NCBI GenBank assembly: GCA_964574495.1
Contig: CAZNNT010000001.1
Location: forward strand, 5,194 to 69,193
From: an uncultured Candidatus Saccharibacteria bacterium
GTDB lineage: Bacteria > Patescibacteriota > Minisyncoccia > HO2-45-28
Direction: 5' to 3'
DNA length: 64,000 bases
The notes beneath the pieces were generated by a model. That model was given only the letters and a program-made list of their open reading frames with translations. It was not told where the DNA came from and did not search any database. The position numbers were made by a program, and so were the translations under genes. Positions 54,802 through 64,000 of this stretch are shown piece by piece. Numbering within the stretch: position 1 is the stretch's first letter; every line of letters begins with the position of its first letter.

Positions 54802-56419
54802 GGCCAAAAGACCTCAAAGCACTATGCGAAACAATATGGGCATTTGCCATTAACGTCAAAGTCGGGCCTTTCGCGGGCATATACCGGAAACCCGACCCGT
54901 CGGCGACATAAACATTCTGCGCGCCGTTCAATTTTCCGTCCGCGGATAAAGTGAGCGGCTTGCCGGCGTCATCAAACGGCAAAGTTCCTCCGTAATGGAT
55001 GCTTGATCCGTAGCCGGGATCTATTCGCTTAACCGGATAGCACCCCAGCCGGCGCAGGGCTCTTTTTATAACCTTTTCGCGCTCCATATTTTCCAGCATC
55101 TCGCTATCGGATAGTTCGTAATGAACAAATAATTTATCTCCCGTCGGACTGGATTCGTCTTTTATCAATTGAATATATCTGTCCGGAGAACCCTTATCGA
55201 AATGATGCAGTCCGGCTATTACCAAACTGGGGTAACCAAGTTTAAGAAGACGCAGCGTGTCGGAAAAATCAAAAGGCAATTCATTGGCCAATCGGAATAA
55301 CATCAATGAAGAATATGTGTAAAACATAACGGTGGTAATATCAAATCCATTTTTATCCTTATCGTAAAAAAGAGACAGCGGGCTATAGCTTATTTTTTTG
55401 GTCTCCGCCTCTTTCCCGAACATCCTTGGCTGAAAACAGGCATAATAATAATAACCGCCGCTAAGGATGGGGAGTTTATTTTGAATATGACCGAGAGACC
55501 GTAAAACAATGCGCGCGCTGCCCAACGCTCCGGCGGCTAATATTAATTTCTTGCAATAAAATTTTTCGTCTTTCGTCTCGTCAACTCTTCTGACCGTAAT
55601 TTCAACGCCTTCATCTTGGTCTAAAAACCGCATGGCTAAACGATCTTTGTAGTAAGAAAAATTAGGTTGCTTTCTTAAATTATCCAGCGTAATGGCCGGA
55701 CGGTACGCGGAATTTCCGTGATTGGCCCAGAAATCCATGTCGGTATATCCGGTGGATTTTCGTTCTTTCAAATCAGTCGTTAATATAGCCAGCGGAGTTC
55801 TGCCGATAAAGATTCCATCGTTGTTTAACAAAAGCCGTTTTTTTTGATAGCAGGAATAAATTCCGTTTAAAGCGGGCTCGAGGCGCGGCGCATTCTGGAT
55901 GTTTTCCAGTCCTTGAAGACAATAGGGCAGCCCATCGTCGCGCGCTCCGGAAATTCCAATCCTGTCGGCGATAACGCGGTAAGCGTCAAAAAGAAACTTT
56001 TCATTAAGACCCGTTGCTTTTATTTCCGGCTTGGAATAAACAAAACAAGCCAGACCCCAAGCTCCGCCGAGTCCCCCGTAAGCCAGCGATTCCATGGGAT
56101 GGAAATTATCCGATACGACGGGGAGCCAAGTTTCTGTTCCCCGGGAGACGAAATGCCGCGGCGGAGTAAGCTGGGGTCCGGTTTTTATTTTTCCGAAAGA
56201 TATCCCCTCAAAATTCCTGCCTAAAAAATATTCATGCTGAGTTAAATCCGATTTGCGCGCTGATACAAAATCGGTTTCGGGTATCTTACCGTCATAAGAT
56301 TTGTCGTAAAAGCCGACATCAATCATGCCGACATCAGCGCCGGCCTCCACCAAACTTTGAGCCGCCATCGCTCCGCTGGGGCCGGAACCGATAACAATAA
56401 AATCGTGATAGGTCTTCAT
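54794..56419 (-). CDS. GMC-family FAD oxidoreductase
   Basis: IGSGPSG, GGLGGAWG, LAAGALGS, HYGG, YVADGS, PTLTLMANA. Confidence 0.85.
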   Translation of the reverse strand: MKTYHDFIVIGSGPSGAMAAQSLVEAGADVGMIDVGFYDKSYDGKIPETDFVSARKSDLTQHEYFLGRNFEGISFGKIKTGPQLTPPRHFVSRGTETWLPVVSDNFHPMESLAYGGLGGAWGLACFVYSKPEIKATGLNEKFLFDAYRVIADRIGISGARDDGLPYCLQGLENIQNAPRLEPALNGIYSCYQKKRLLLNNDGIFIGRTPLAILTTDLKERKSTGYTDMDFWANHGNSAYRPAITLDNLRKQPNFSYYKDRLAMRFLDQDEGVEITVRRVDETKDEKFYCKKLILAAGALGSARIVLRSLGHIQNKLPILSGGYYYYACFQPRMFGKEAETKKISYSPLSLFYDKDKNGFDITTVMFYTYSSLMLFRLANELPFDFSDTLRLLKLGYPSLVIAGLHHFDKGSPDRYIQLIKDESSPTGDKLFVHYELSDSEMLENMEREKVIKRALRRLGCYPVKRIDPGYGSSIHYGGTLPFDDAGKPLTLSADGKLNGAQNVYVADGSGFRYMPAKGPTLTLMANAHIVSHSALRSFGHG

Positions 56420-56826
56420 CAACTTTTTAATTGCTCCGAGCGCCGCATCAATGCCACTATGAAAAAACCCGCGATTGCCCGAAACAAAGCCCGCAGGCCA
56501 AACCAAAAAACGCTTACAATCCAAAAACCGCGCTTTTTATATATAAAAAGGTCGGAATATAAAGGGTCTGTTTCAAGAACGGCGAACATAATATATAATT
56601 TTTGCCGGATCGTATTTTTCGGCTCAATAAGAGCAAACCCCGCGTCGATATACGGCAACAAAAAAGGATGGTTCAAAACAAGGTCCCAGATTTGCCGATC
56701 GTTCCGGCCAGCCGTCACATTTAACTTTTTTAGCGCCTGATTGAAAAGATCTTTATTCATCCGGGTCGGCGCTCTGCCTATTAAATATTTGGTTATTATT
56801 TCCGCTTTTTTTTCTTGAAAATCCAT
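56419..56826 (-). CDS. Hypothetical protein coupled to the GMC gene
   Basis: TGATG overlap; C-terminal hydrophobic helix. Confidence 0.7.
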   Translation of the reverse strand: MDFQEKKAEIITKYLIGRAPTRMNKDLFNQALKKLNVTAGRNDRQIWDLVLNHPFLLPYIDAGFALIEPKNTIRQKLYIMFAVLETDPLYSDLFIYKKRGFWIVSVFWFGLRALFRAIAGFFIVALMRRSEQLKS

Positions 56827-56830
56827 ACAT

Positions 56831-57535
56831 TTAAAACTTCCTAAATCGATATTTCAAAAGCGTCAGTATGGCTTTAAAACCGTCTTTTAAGGATATCTTC
56901 TTTCCTTCCTCAACCCTTCTTGCTTGATACTGGATGGGAACTTCAACAATTTCAATCTTTTTCAAAGAAAGTTTCGCTGTTACTTCGGGACAAAATTCAA
57001 ATCCCCTGCACTCAAGATTTAATTTCTCCAAAACATCTTTTTTAAAGGCCTTATAGCAAGTCGCTTCATCGGTAATACGTATGTTATATAAGACATTAGC
57101 CAGTGAAGTGAGCAATTTATTGGCAAAGTAGTACGCTAATTTCATGTTTGCGGGATATTTATTTTTAAGAAAACGGGAGCCGTAGACAACTTCCGCCTTT
57201 TTTTCAATGAAAGGTTTGAGAATAGTCGGATAATCAAGCGGAGAATACTCCAGGTCCGCATCCTGAATAATGACGATATCACCCATAGCGACGGCCAAAC
57301 CGGAACGGATCGCGAAACCTTTCCCCATATTTTTTTCATGCCTGATGAGTTTTATCCGGTATTCTTTTTGAAGACCGGAAAGTATATCCCATGTGCGATC
57401 GCTTGAACCATCATCTACCGCGATAAATTCTTTTTGGATTCCTAAATTATCCAATTGCAGAGTTTCTACTTTTTTCAGCGCCTCCGAAACCGTATTCTCC
57501 TCATTAAAACACGGGATGATAATAGAAAGAATCAT
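56831..57535 (-). CDS. GT2 polyprenol-phosphate glycosyltransferase (DPM1-like)
   Basis: IPCFNEE, DDGSSD, N.GKG, IQDADLEY, VYGSRF, TDEATCYK, EGKKI. Confidence 0.92.
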   Translation of the reverse strand: MILSIIIPCFNEENTVSEALKKVETLQLDNLGIQKEFIAVDDGSSDRTWDILSGLQKEYRIKLIRHEKNMGKGFAIRSGLAVAMGDIVIIQDADLEYSPLDYPTILKPFIEKKAEVVYGSRFLKNKYPANMKLAYYFANKLLTSLANVLYNIRITDEATCYKAFKKDVLEKLNLECRGFEFCPEVTAKLSLKKIEIVEVPIQYQARRVEEGKKISLKDGFKAILTLLKYRFRKF

Positions 57536-57573
57536 ATATGTTGTTTATACCCTTTATAGCAATTATATTCCGG

Positions 57574-58962
57574 TCATGTCAACAAGAATGCGGAGCGGAT
57601 ATTTTTATGAAATCTTAGATAAATTAACCGAATGCCGTCAAAAGCAAGGATTAAAATAAGCGGATAAATGGGGACACGGTACCTTTGTTGTCCCAGAGGG
57701 GAAACCATGACCGCGTATAAAAAGATAAAAAGAAGAAAAAATAAAGAAATTTTTAAGAATCCGGCGCCAAGTTTCCACCTTAAGAAAAAATTTAAAAAAG
57801 CCAGCAAACTCAGCGATAAAATCGTCAGTTTCAAAAAAATGGAAACGAGCCAAATCGGATGACTCCGAAATTCGCTCCAAGCCGAATAAAATTTTCCATT
57901 AAAAATATCTTTAATGATGTCAATATCCGTACGCGGGCCGAGCACAACGCTCCGAATGCCAAAACTTCGAGCAATACTTCCTATCGTATTGTCGTGCCAA
58001 AAAAGCCGGGGTATGCGCGTAATGTGGTAAAAAGCAAATGAAAAAGGCCTTTCTATTATGAATTTGAAACCCAAATCAGCCAATTCTTTAGCTCGATGCG
58101 GTTCAAAAAGCTGCGCGTCATAACGGACTCCGAAACGCTGTCTAGCCCGATCCCACGTATAATCATTATATTCCGGGCCATGCCCGCCCTTTAGAAACTC
58201 TTGAAAAAAGCCCACGCTTTGATAGAAAGCCGCGTATGGGTTGGACGAAAATTGAAAAACTTTCAAAGTAAAAAAATTGTAATAAAGCCATGGCGAGAGC
58301 AGCGTAAAAAAGATCAATCCGGAAGCCGCGAATTGCCGAAAGTTTCTATGCTCGCCGGCAAGAAAAACAGCCAAAAAGATAAAAAAGCCGAAAATAAAAA
58401 ATTGGGGTTTGATTAAAGCAGTCAAAGCAAGAAAAAACGAACCCCAGTAGAGATTGGGGGGCGTTTTTTCCCTTATGTAAATTCCCAGGTTGAAAAGTGA
58501 AACAATCAGGAAAAAAACAGCAAAGGCCTCGGTCATAATCGCCTTAGAAACAAAAGGAGAAGCGAGATACGGATCCAGAGCAAAAAAAACCGCGGCGAAA
58601 AATGCCGCTGTTTCAAAAAATATCTTGCGGCCTAAAATATAAATCAAAACGGCTGTAAGCGCCATGATTAAATCCTGGATAAGACCAACGTATTCCAAAG
58701 AGATGTTAAATTTGTGAAAAAACATCAGGAAAAACGGGTAAATCGGCGCTCTAAAATTGTCCGGCTCGGGGTTTTCGGCTGGCGAAGAGGACCAAATTCC
58801 TTTATCAAGAAAATTACTCGCGGTATAAAGGTAATCCTGCGCGTCCCCTGTAACGGAAATCAACGGATTGTGGTTTAAAACGAGCCCGAAACTGAATAAC
58901 AGCCGCATGATAACGGCTAAAATAAAAATAACGGCTGCTTTATGTTTCGTTTCCAGCGTCAT
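57574..58962 (-). CDS. ArnT/PMT-like (GT-C) membrane glycosyltransferase
   Basis: D..DY...A, R.P.YP.FL, MTE, L.KP, RYRVP; multiple TMs. Confidence 0.8.
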   Translation of the reverse strand: MTLETKHKAAVIFILAVIMRLLFSFGLVLNHNPLISVTGDAQDYLYTASNFLDKGIWSSSPAENPEPDNFRAPIYPFFLMFFHKFNISLEYVGLIQDLIMALTAVLIYILGRKIFFETAAFFAAVFFALDPYLASPFVSKAIMTEAFAVFFLIVSLFNLGIYIREKTPPNLYWGSFFLALTALIKPQFFIFGFFIFLAVFLAGEHRNFRQFAASGLIFFTLLSPWLYYNFFTLKVFQFSSNPYAAFYQSVGFFQEFLKGGHGPEYNDYTWDRARQRFGVRYDAQLFEPHRAKELADLGFKFIIERPFSFAFYHITRIPRLFWHDNTIGSIARSFGIRSVVLGPRTDIDIIKDIFNGKFYSAWSEFRSHPIWLVSIFLKLTILSLSLLAFLNFFLRWKLGAGFLKISLFFLLFIFLYAVMVSPLGQQRYRVPIYPLILILAFDGIRLIYLRFHKNIRSAFLLT

Positions 58963-60617
58963 TTATGAATTACTCTTAAAACTCCGGCGCCGTCCGGTGA
59001 AAAATCAACGGTTTCGTCTACAGAGGCGTAATCCCTCATATCCTTCATTTTCTCAAGCGTTTCTCTATACTCTCGGTCCGGCATAACCAATAGAAAATTA
59101 ACTTTCCCGGGTATGACGGAGTAAATCTTATCCATATATTCTAATAATGTTTCGGGGTCGGGAAGAAAAAGCATTATACGGTCGGCATAGAACTCGGAAA
59201 TATGGCGGTTTTCAATACTGTTGATGACAAGAATCATTGTTGAAGAATCGGATATTTTATTTAAATTTTTCAAGAAAGCAATTTTATTTCCGGCCTCGTC
59301 TCTGGAATACAGAGCATTCGGCCATTTTTTGGCGTAACTTAAACTTGTCGAAAAATTTGCCGTCCAAAAAAAGATAACGCAAAGCAGCAAAACAAAAAAC
59401 TTGAGATTGAATTGCTTTTCTTTTATTTTCTCCCACAATTTCCACGAGATAAGCGAAAGAATTAAGAGCATGGCCGGCGCCATTTGCCTGCCCTGATACC
59501 CAAAAGTTCCCGCAACCGGAAAAATTAAAGGAAAAATGAAACCGCTGACGGATAACGCGTAGAAATATTGCCATTGCTTTCTGTCCAGCAATCTTAAACG
59601 CCAGACGACATAGATTAAAACCAATAAAAGAGGCAGAGCGTAACGCGTCCGCGCGCCGCTAAAATAACCGATTGTTGAAAGGGAAGCCGCGATATTTTTT
59701 ATTATGGGGGGCAAGTGCCCCAAAACCGCCGGCGCCTCGCCGCTACGATGCAAAAAATCTCCCCAAAAATCAAGTGCCGCGCCCTTAAAACTCAGATAGC
59801 CGGAATTTTGCGTAAACTGGATAGCAAAAGCCAAAACGGGAGCCGTTGCCCAATAAAAATATTCTTTGAGATTTATTTTTCTGGTTTCTATGAAGTTCAA
59901 AATACAAAGCCATAAAAATACGAAAATTGTTGAATCAAGGGAAACGGAGGCCAGAACGAAATACAAAATCCACATCGCAATTTTTATTCTTCGCTTTGCG
60001 GTTATGCTATCGGCCGCCTTCCAATAGCAAACGCTTAAAAACAGGATTAAATTCCTGAAAAAATCGTCCAGCGGAGTATTGTTTAGAGCGTCGGCATAAC
60101 TAAGAAAATTTGATGAAATTACATAGTAAAAAACGGCGAGCAAAGCAATCCAACGGCTGCGGTTTGCCAACATATAAATGAAGCCGGCCAGAAATAAAAC
60201 CGACCCTAAGGAAAAAATAATGGATAATAATCTGAATAAAAATCTGTCTCCCAGATCCGCCAATTTTCCGAGCAGAGCGTAAGGAATAACGTAGTTTGAC
60301 GGATAGTGGTTATAGTAAAGACGGTTGCCTACCAGGCCGCCCGTAAGCGTGTCGTTGGTCAGAAACTGAAATTCCGGTTTGTCTAAAATTCTTACTTCGG
60401 GATGATAACCTTTTAATAGAAAAAACATTCTGTGGTTTAAAAATCCGTCTCTAACCCAATAACGCACTGTGAGCATCGTTTGCGCCGAACCCCAACTCCA
60501 GCCGTCCCAGCTGTCAATTTGGGTGGAACGCGAAACCAAAAAAATTATGGAGGGCAAAATAACCAAAATCGCCAGACCCGCAAAAATTAAATTATTTTTG
60601 TTTCTTAAAATTTTCAT
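58959..60617 (-). CDS. Polytopic membrane protein, putative GT-C transferase (paralog A)
   Basis: WDGW..GSAQTMLT, Y.HYP, R..S, YAD; strongly similar to 61601-63262. Confidence 0.7.
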   Translation of the reverse strand: MKILRNKNNLIFAGLAILVILPSIIFLVSRSTQIDSWDGWSWGSAQTMLTVRYWVRDGFLNHRMFFLLKGYHPEVRILDKPEFQFLTNDTLTGGLVGNRLYYNHYPSNYVIPYALLGKLADLGDRFLFRLLSIIFSLGSVLFLAGFIYMLANRSRWIALLAVFYYVISSNFLSYADALNNTPLDDFFRNLILFLSVCYWKAADSITAKRRIKIAMWILYFVLASVSLDSTIFVFLWLCILNFIETRKINLKEYFYWATAPVLAFAIQFTQNSGYLSFKGAALDFWGDFLHRSGEAPAVLGHLPPIIKNIAASLSTIGYFSGARTRYALPLLLVLIYVVWRLRLLDRKQWQYFYALSVSGFIFPLIFPVAGTFGYQGRQMAPAMLLILSLISWKLWEKIKEKQFNLKFFVLLLCVIFFWTANFSTSLSYAKKWPNALYSRDEAGNKIAFLKNLNKISDSSTMILVINSIENRHISEFYADRIMLFLPDPETLLEYMDKIYSVIPGKVNFLLVMPDREYRETLEKMKDMRDYASVDETVDFSPDGAGVLRVIHK

Positions 60618-60627
60618 CGGAAACAGT

Positions 60628-61578
60628 TTATTTTTGGCATACAAGAAATAAATTATCGGGGGTTTCTTCTTCGTTTTCTTTCCCGATTTTATTAGCTATT
60701 ATGATATCAAAAAAACTGGCGCCCGAAAACCTCATTTGCGCCGAAATCCCGAAACGAACCAGCGCGTCAAAAATCTTCCGCGGAAGCGCGTCTCTTGCGA
60801 AGGCGTAGACCGCATTGATGACCTTTTTTGCCGCGCCGCCGTTTGGTTTAAATCTTTTTATACTGGAATTGAAAATACGGCAGAACAGGGGGTTATATAA
60901 CGCGTCTATTTTTACTTGTTGAGGCAAAAACACTTTCTCTGCGGCATTTCTTAATTCCGACAGAGTATATTCATGCTCATGCGGAGGAATGAGCCGATAT
61001 TTTTTCTCGTCTTTTGGATTTTCCGCATAAAGATTCTGGCATTTTTTCCTTTCGGGAGTGCCGATAAAAGCATACCCCTCGGGCGTTAAAATGCGTCTTA
61101 CCTCTTCCAAAAAACGCCTGCCGTCCCGCTCCTTAATATGTTCAATGACGTGAGAAGACAAAACAACATCAAAAGACGAGGAAGAAAATTGAGTGCTTGC
61201 GGCGGACTCAATATGTATAAACTGAACTCCGAATTTTCCGTAAGCGGACTTCGCGTAATCTATAACTCCTTTTGAATAATCCGCCCCGAAAATTTCCATA
61301 TCCGGGAATACCGTTTTTATGTAAGACAGCGCTCTTCCCGTGCCGCATCCAAGCTCAATTAATTTTGTTCCTCTTGGAAGACGCAGCGTCTTTAAGTAGC
61401 GTATAGCTGCCAAATATACCGGCATTACAGCGCCGTAATGCATTAACGGGGTGCGCAATTCAGAACCCGCCCCCTCTCTCGCAATGGATTGGGTAACCGG
61501 AAAAGGGGGATTCGCAATGCTCCATTGCCAATAGTCCTTTGCTTCTTCTTTTAAAGTAGAATAATGAATATCAATCAC
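60628..61578 (-). CDS. Class I SAM-dependent methyltransferase
   Basis: IELGCGTG, FDVV.S.HVIEHI, L.EVRRIL.P.G, H.HEY. Confidence 0.88.
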   Translation of the reverse strand: MIDIHYSTLKEEAKDYWQWSIANPPFPVTQSIAREGAGSELRTPLMHYGAVMPVYLAAIRYLKTLRLPRGTKLIELGCGTGRALSYIKTVFPDMEIFGADYSKGVIDYAKSAYGKFGVQFIHIESAASTQFSSSSFDVVLSSHVIEHIKERDGRRFLEEVRRILTPEGYAFIGTPERKKCQNLYAENPKDEKKYRLIPPHEHEYTLSELRNAAEKVFLPQQVKIDALYNPLFCRIFNSSIKRFKPNGGAAKKVINAVYAFARDALPRKIFDALVRFGISAQMRFSGASFFDIIIANKIGKENEEETPDNLFLVCQK

Positions 61579-61600
61579 TGATTACGTAGATGATTTTTTA

Positions 61601-63262
61601 CTATTTATGAAAAACACTGAGATAAAAAATATCTTCTTGCCCATACGCGCCGTCTTTTAATGCGTAGCCGAACTGATTTTCGCGCGCATGCTCAATAATA
61701 GCATCTTTTTTATTTTTCGGCGCCACAACCAGAAATTCCCCGCCGCTGACAACGGCGCCGATTTTCGTCAAATAATCCAAAAGTTCTCCTGTGTCGTTAA
61801 AAACAAAAGCCGGCCTATCCATATAAAACTGCTCAAAAAATTCGCTCGTGCCGACTTCAAGCGATTCTTTTGTTCCCATCACGATCGTATTCGGAGCGGT
61901 AATGTTTTTGATCTCCTGCCAATAGTTTATTTTTTCTTCCGCGATGGCGCCGTTCGGCCAGTTTTTTACATAGGAAACCGTTTCTTTGGCATGGACCGCC
62001 CAGAAGACAAAAATGGCGGCGAATAAAAGAACGGCGGTTTTTGAAATATCTTTTTTGGCAAACCTTAGAATTATTTCGTAAGTGGCGTAAGAAAAAACCA
62101 AAAGAAACGCCGGAGCCATTTGCCTGCCCTGATATCCGTAAACACCAACCCCCGGAAGCAAAAAACCCAACATTAGGCCGGCCGCAAACAGAGCAACCGT
62201 CACTTTCCATTTTTTAGAATCAAAAAATTTACCGCGATAAAGCAACAACGCAAAAATGGCGACGAGCGGAAGGGCGAATCGGGCGCGCATATCGGTGAGA
62301 TACCCCACTTCGGCCAAAGACACAACGGCGTTTTTAATCACTAACGGCAACTCGTTTGCGCTGCCCATAACCTGACTTAAACGGAATATAAATGCGCCCA
62401 AAAAGTCAAGAAGCATGTTTTTAAATCCCAGATACCAGGCATTTTGCGCTATCTGCATAGCGAAAGCCAAAATTGGGGCAGAGGCCCAAAATATGTATTT
62501 TTTGAAATTTAATCTGCGTTTCGTTATATAATCCAGCGCGCAAAGCCAAAAAAATATAAAAAAGGTGGAATCATAAGAACTCAAAGCCAGAACAAAAAAC
62601 AAGAACCAAACTGTTTTATCAACCCATTTTTTCGGTTCTCCTGCCTCAATCTTAGAAACCCCGTATATGCTTAAAAACAAAATCAGCCATTTGAAAAAAT
62701 CATCCACGGGTATATTTGACAAAGAATCGGCGTAAGCCAAAAAAGTTTCCGAGGTTGAATAATAAAACGCGGCTATCGCCGGAATCCACAAATTACGGTC
62801 AAAAATCAAATATAAAAATCCCGCCAAAAATAAAACCGAAGCGAAGGAAAATAAAAGAGCTAAAAACCTGAAGAAAAATCTGTTCTCTACGCCGAATTTG
62901 GCCAAAAGGCCGTAGGGAATCAAATAACCCGAGGGGTAATGCGTATAGTAAAGCCGGTTGCCGATAAGCCCTCCCGCTTTAGTACCGTCAGCCAGAAATC
63001 TGAATTCCGGCTCATCCAAAAATTCTATTTCCGGATTATAACCTGATGGAATAAAGAAAAATTTATGCTGAATAAATCCGTCCCGTCCCCAAAAGCGGGC
63101 CGTAAGCATTGTTTGGGCCGAGCCGAATCCCCAATCGTCCCATCCCCGCTCATCGGCCGCTTTCCAAACCAAATAAATAAAGAACGGGAGTAAAATAACG
63201 CCGATTACGATTATAAATTTAGCGGTAGATGATGAAATCATCTGTTTCATAAACTTTTTCAA
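61601..63262 (-). CDS. Polytopic membrane protein, putative GT-C transferase (paralog B); start uncertain
   Basis: WDDWGFGSAQTMLT, YYTHYPS, YADSL, GYQGRQMAPA shared with paralog A. Confidence 0.7.
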   Translation of the reverse strand: MKKFMKQMISSSTAKFIIVIGVILLPFFIYLVWKAADERGWDDWGFGSAQTMLTARFWGRDGFIQHKFFFIPSGYNPEIEFLDEPEFRFLADGTKAGGLIGNRLYYTHYPSGYLIPYGLLAKFGVENRFFFRFLALLFSFASVLFLAGFLYLIFDRNLWIPAIAAFYYSTSETFLAYADSLSNIPVDDFFKWLILFLSIYGVSKIEAGEPKKWVDKTVWFLFFVLALSSYDSTFFIFFWLCALDYITKRRLNFKKYIFWASAPILAFAMQIAQNAWYLGFKNMLLDFLGAFIFRLSQVMGSANELPLVIKNAVVSLAEVGYLTDMRARFALPLVAIFALLLYRGKFFDSKKWKVTVALFAAGLMLGFLLPGVGVYGYQGRQMAPAFLLVFSYATYEIILRFAKKDISKTAVLLFAAIFVFWAVHAKETVSYVKNWPNGAIAEEKINYWQEIKNITAPNTIVMGTKESLEVGTSEFFEQFYMDRPAFVFNDTGELLDYLTKIGAVVSGGEFLVVAPKNKKDAIIEHARENQFGYALKDGAYGQEDIFYLSVFHK

Positions 63263-64000
63263 ACGCGTTAACTAAATCGCTTTCTTGTCGCGTAATTTTA
63301 CCGTTTATTAAAATGTAGTCCAGACGATATTTTTTAAGTTCGGATATAATATTTTTCTTGAAGAATTCTTTATATTTATCCGGCAATTCAACAAACCTTT
63401 TCTCAAGCCCTCCGTCTTTAAAATCGGGGAAATCCTTTACATTAAAAAGCTCTTTAAAATTGGTAAATAGCCGGCTGCCGACTTCGCCCGGGTTTCGAGC
63501 GATATATTCTTCAATATTTTCCGGAGTTATTCCGTTTAAAAACAAACGCGTAAAATAGTTGTGATAAATCCGCTCTTCGGGCATAAGCGAAAACACCCAC
63601 TTGGAATCATATAAATCGCAGTGGGTAAAAGCGGGTATATAGTTATCAAAATTATCAAACTCCTTGCCCTCTCCAATCTCCAAAACAACACAACCGTTCT
63701 TTTGCGAATTCAGCCAATCAAAAAGCGAAGCATATCTCTGCAACGGAATATAACGGGAATAGGATTTATTGAGCGCGTTTAATTGCGTGTACGCGCCTAA
63801 AGACAAAGAAGAAACCGCGATAACCGACACAAAAACTTTCCAGACATACTTATTTTTCTCGCGGATAATATTGTAAAGCAGCGTCATGAAAATAACCATT
63901 GCCAAAGGTATGGTATATTGCACAAAATGATACGGCCAAATGGTTCGACCGGTCAAAATTTGCTGATTATAAGCAAGTAGGCCTCCGAAAACGAGCGCGA
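63219..64000 (-). CDS. C-terminal part of a membrane protein (5' end outside window)
   Basis: Frame open to the window edge; TM segments then W.NSQ...VVL...KY.LDYIL C-terminal domain. Confidence 0.65.
   Translation of the reverse strand, partial: ALVFGGLLAYNQQILTGRTIWPYHFVQYTIPLAMVIFMTLLYNIIREKNKYVWKVFVSVIAVSSLSLGAYTQLNALNKSYSRYIPLQRYASLFDWLNSQKNGCVVLEIGEGKEFDNFDNYIPAFTHCDLYDSKWVFSLMPEERIYHNYFTRLFLNGITPENIEEYIARNPGEVGSRLFTNFKELFNVKDFPDFKDGGLEKRFVELPDKYKEFFKKNIISELKKYRLDYILINGKITRQESDLVNAFEKVYETDDFIIYR

Noticed and set aside
900-63558. Numerous 60-200 aa ORFs antisense to or nested in the called genes
   Set aside because: Shadow frames without motifs or start signals.
1-64000. CRISPR array, cas genes, rRNA, prophage or integrase
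   Set aside because: No regularly spaced repeat-spacer array or recognisable such genes were seen.

Overview
This 64 kb window looks like a Parcubacteria/CPR-type bacterial genome, inferred from the short DnaX, 'NASTT'-repeat surface proteins, many SD-less genes and dispersed short palindromes. Bases 1-15.3 kb hold housekeeping, hydrolase and surface genes. From 15.4 kb to the end lies a very large surface-glycan locus: heptose-type and branched-sugar enzymes, a legionaminic-acid-like pathway with an acetamidino module, a carbamoyltransferase, methyltransferases, gmd, and GT2/GT4/GT-C transferases. It is interrupted by a few self-contained orphan genes and a REP-flanked HUH (RAYT-like) transposase. 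The most unusual feature is at 7826-8336. A chromosomal tRNA-Gln gene there is broken by three related hairpin insertions (CTTG..CCCGC-loop-GCGGG.TGAA), and a fourth copy is nested in the largest one. The largest (397 bp, in the D-loop) carries a GIY-YIG nuclease ORF that reads through a second, intact, divergent tRNA-Gln(UUG). This suggests a tRNA-targeting mobile element family with an autonomous nuclease-plus-replacement-tRNA member and 20-25 nt miniature members. Protein family calls come from motif recognition only; no database searches were run.
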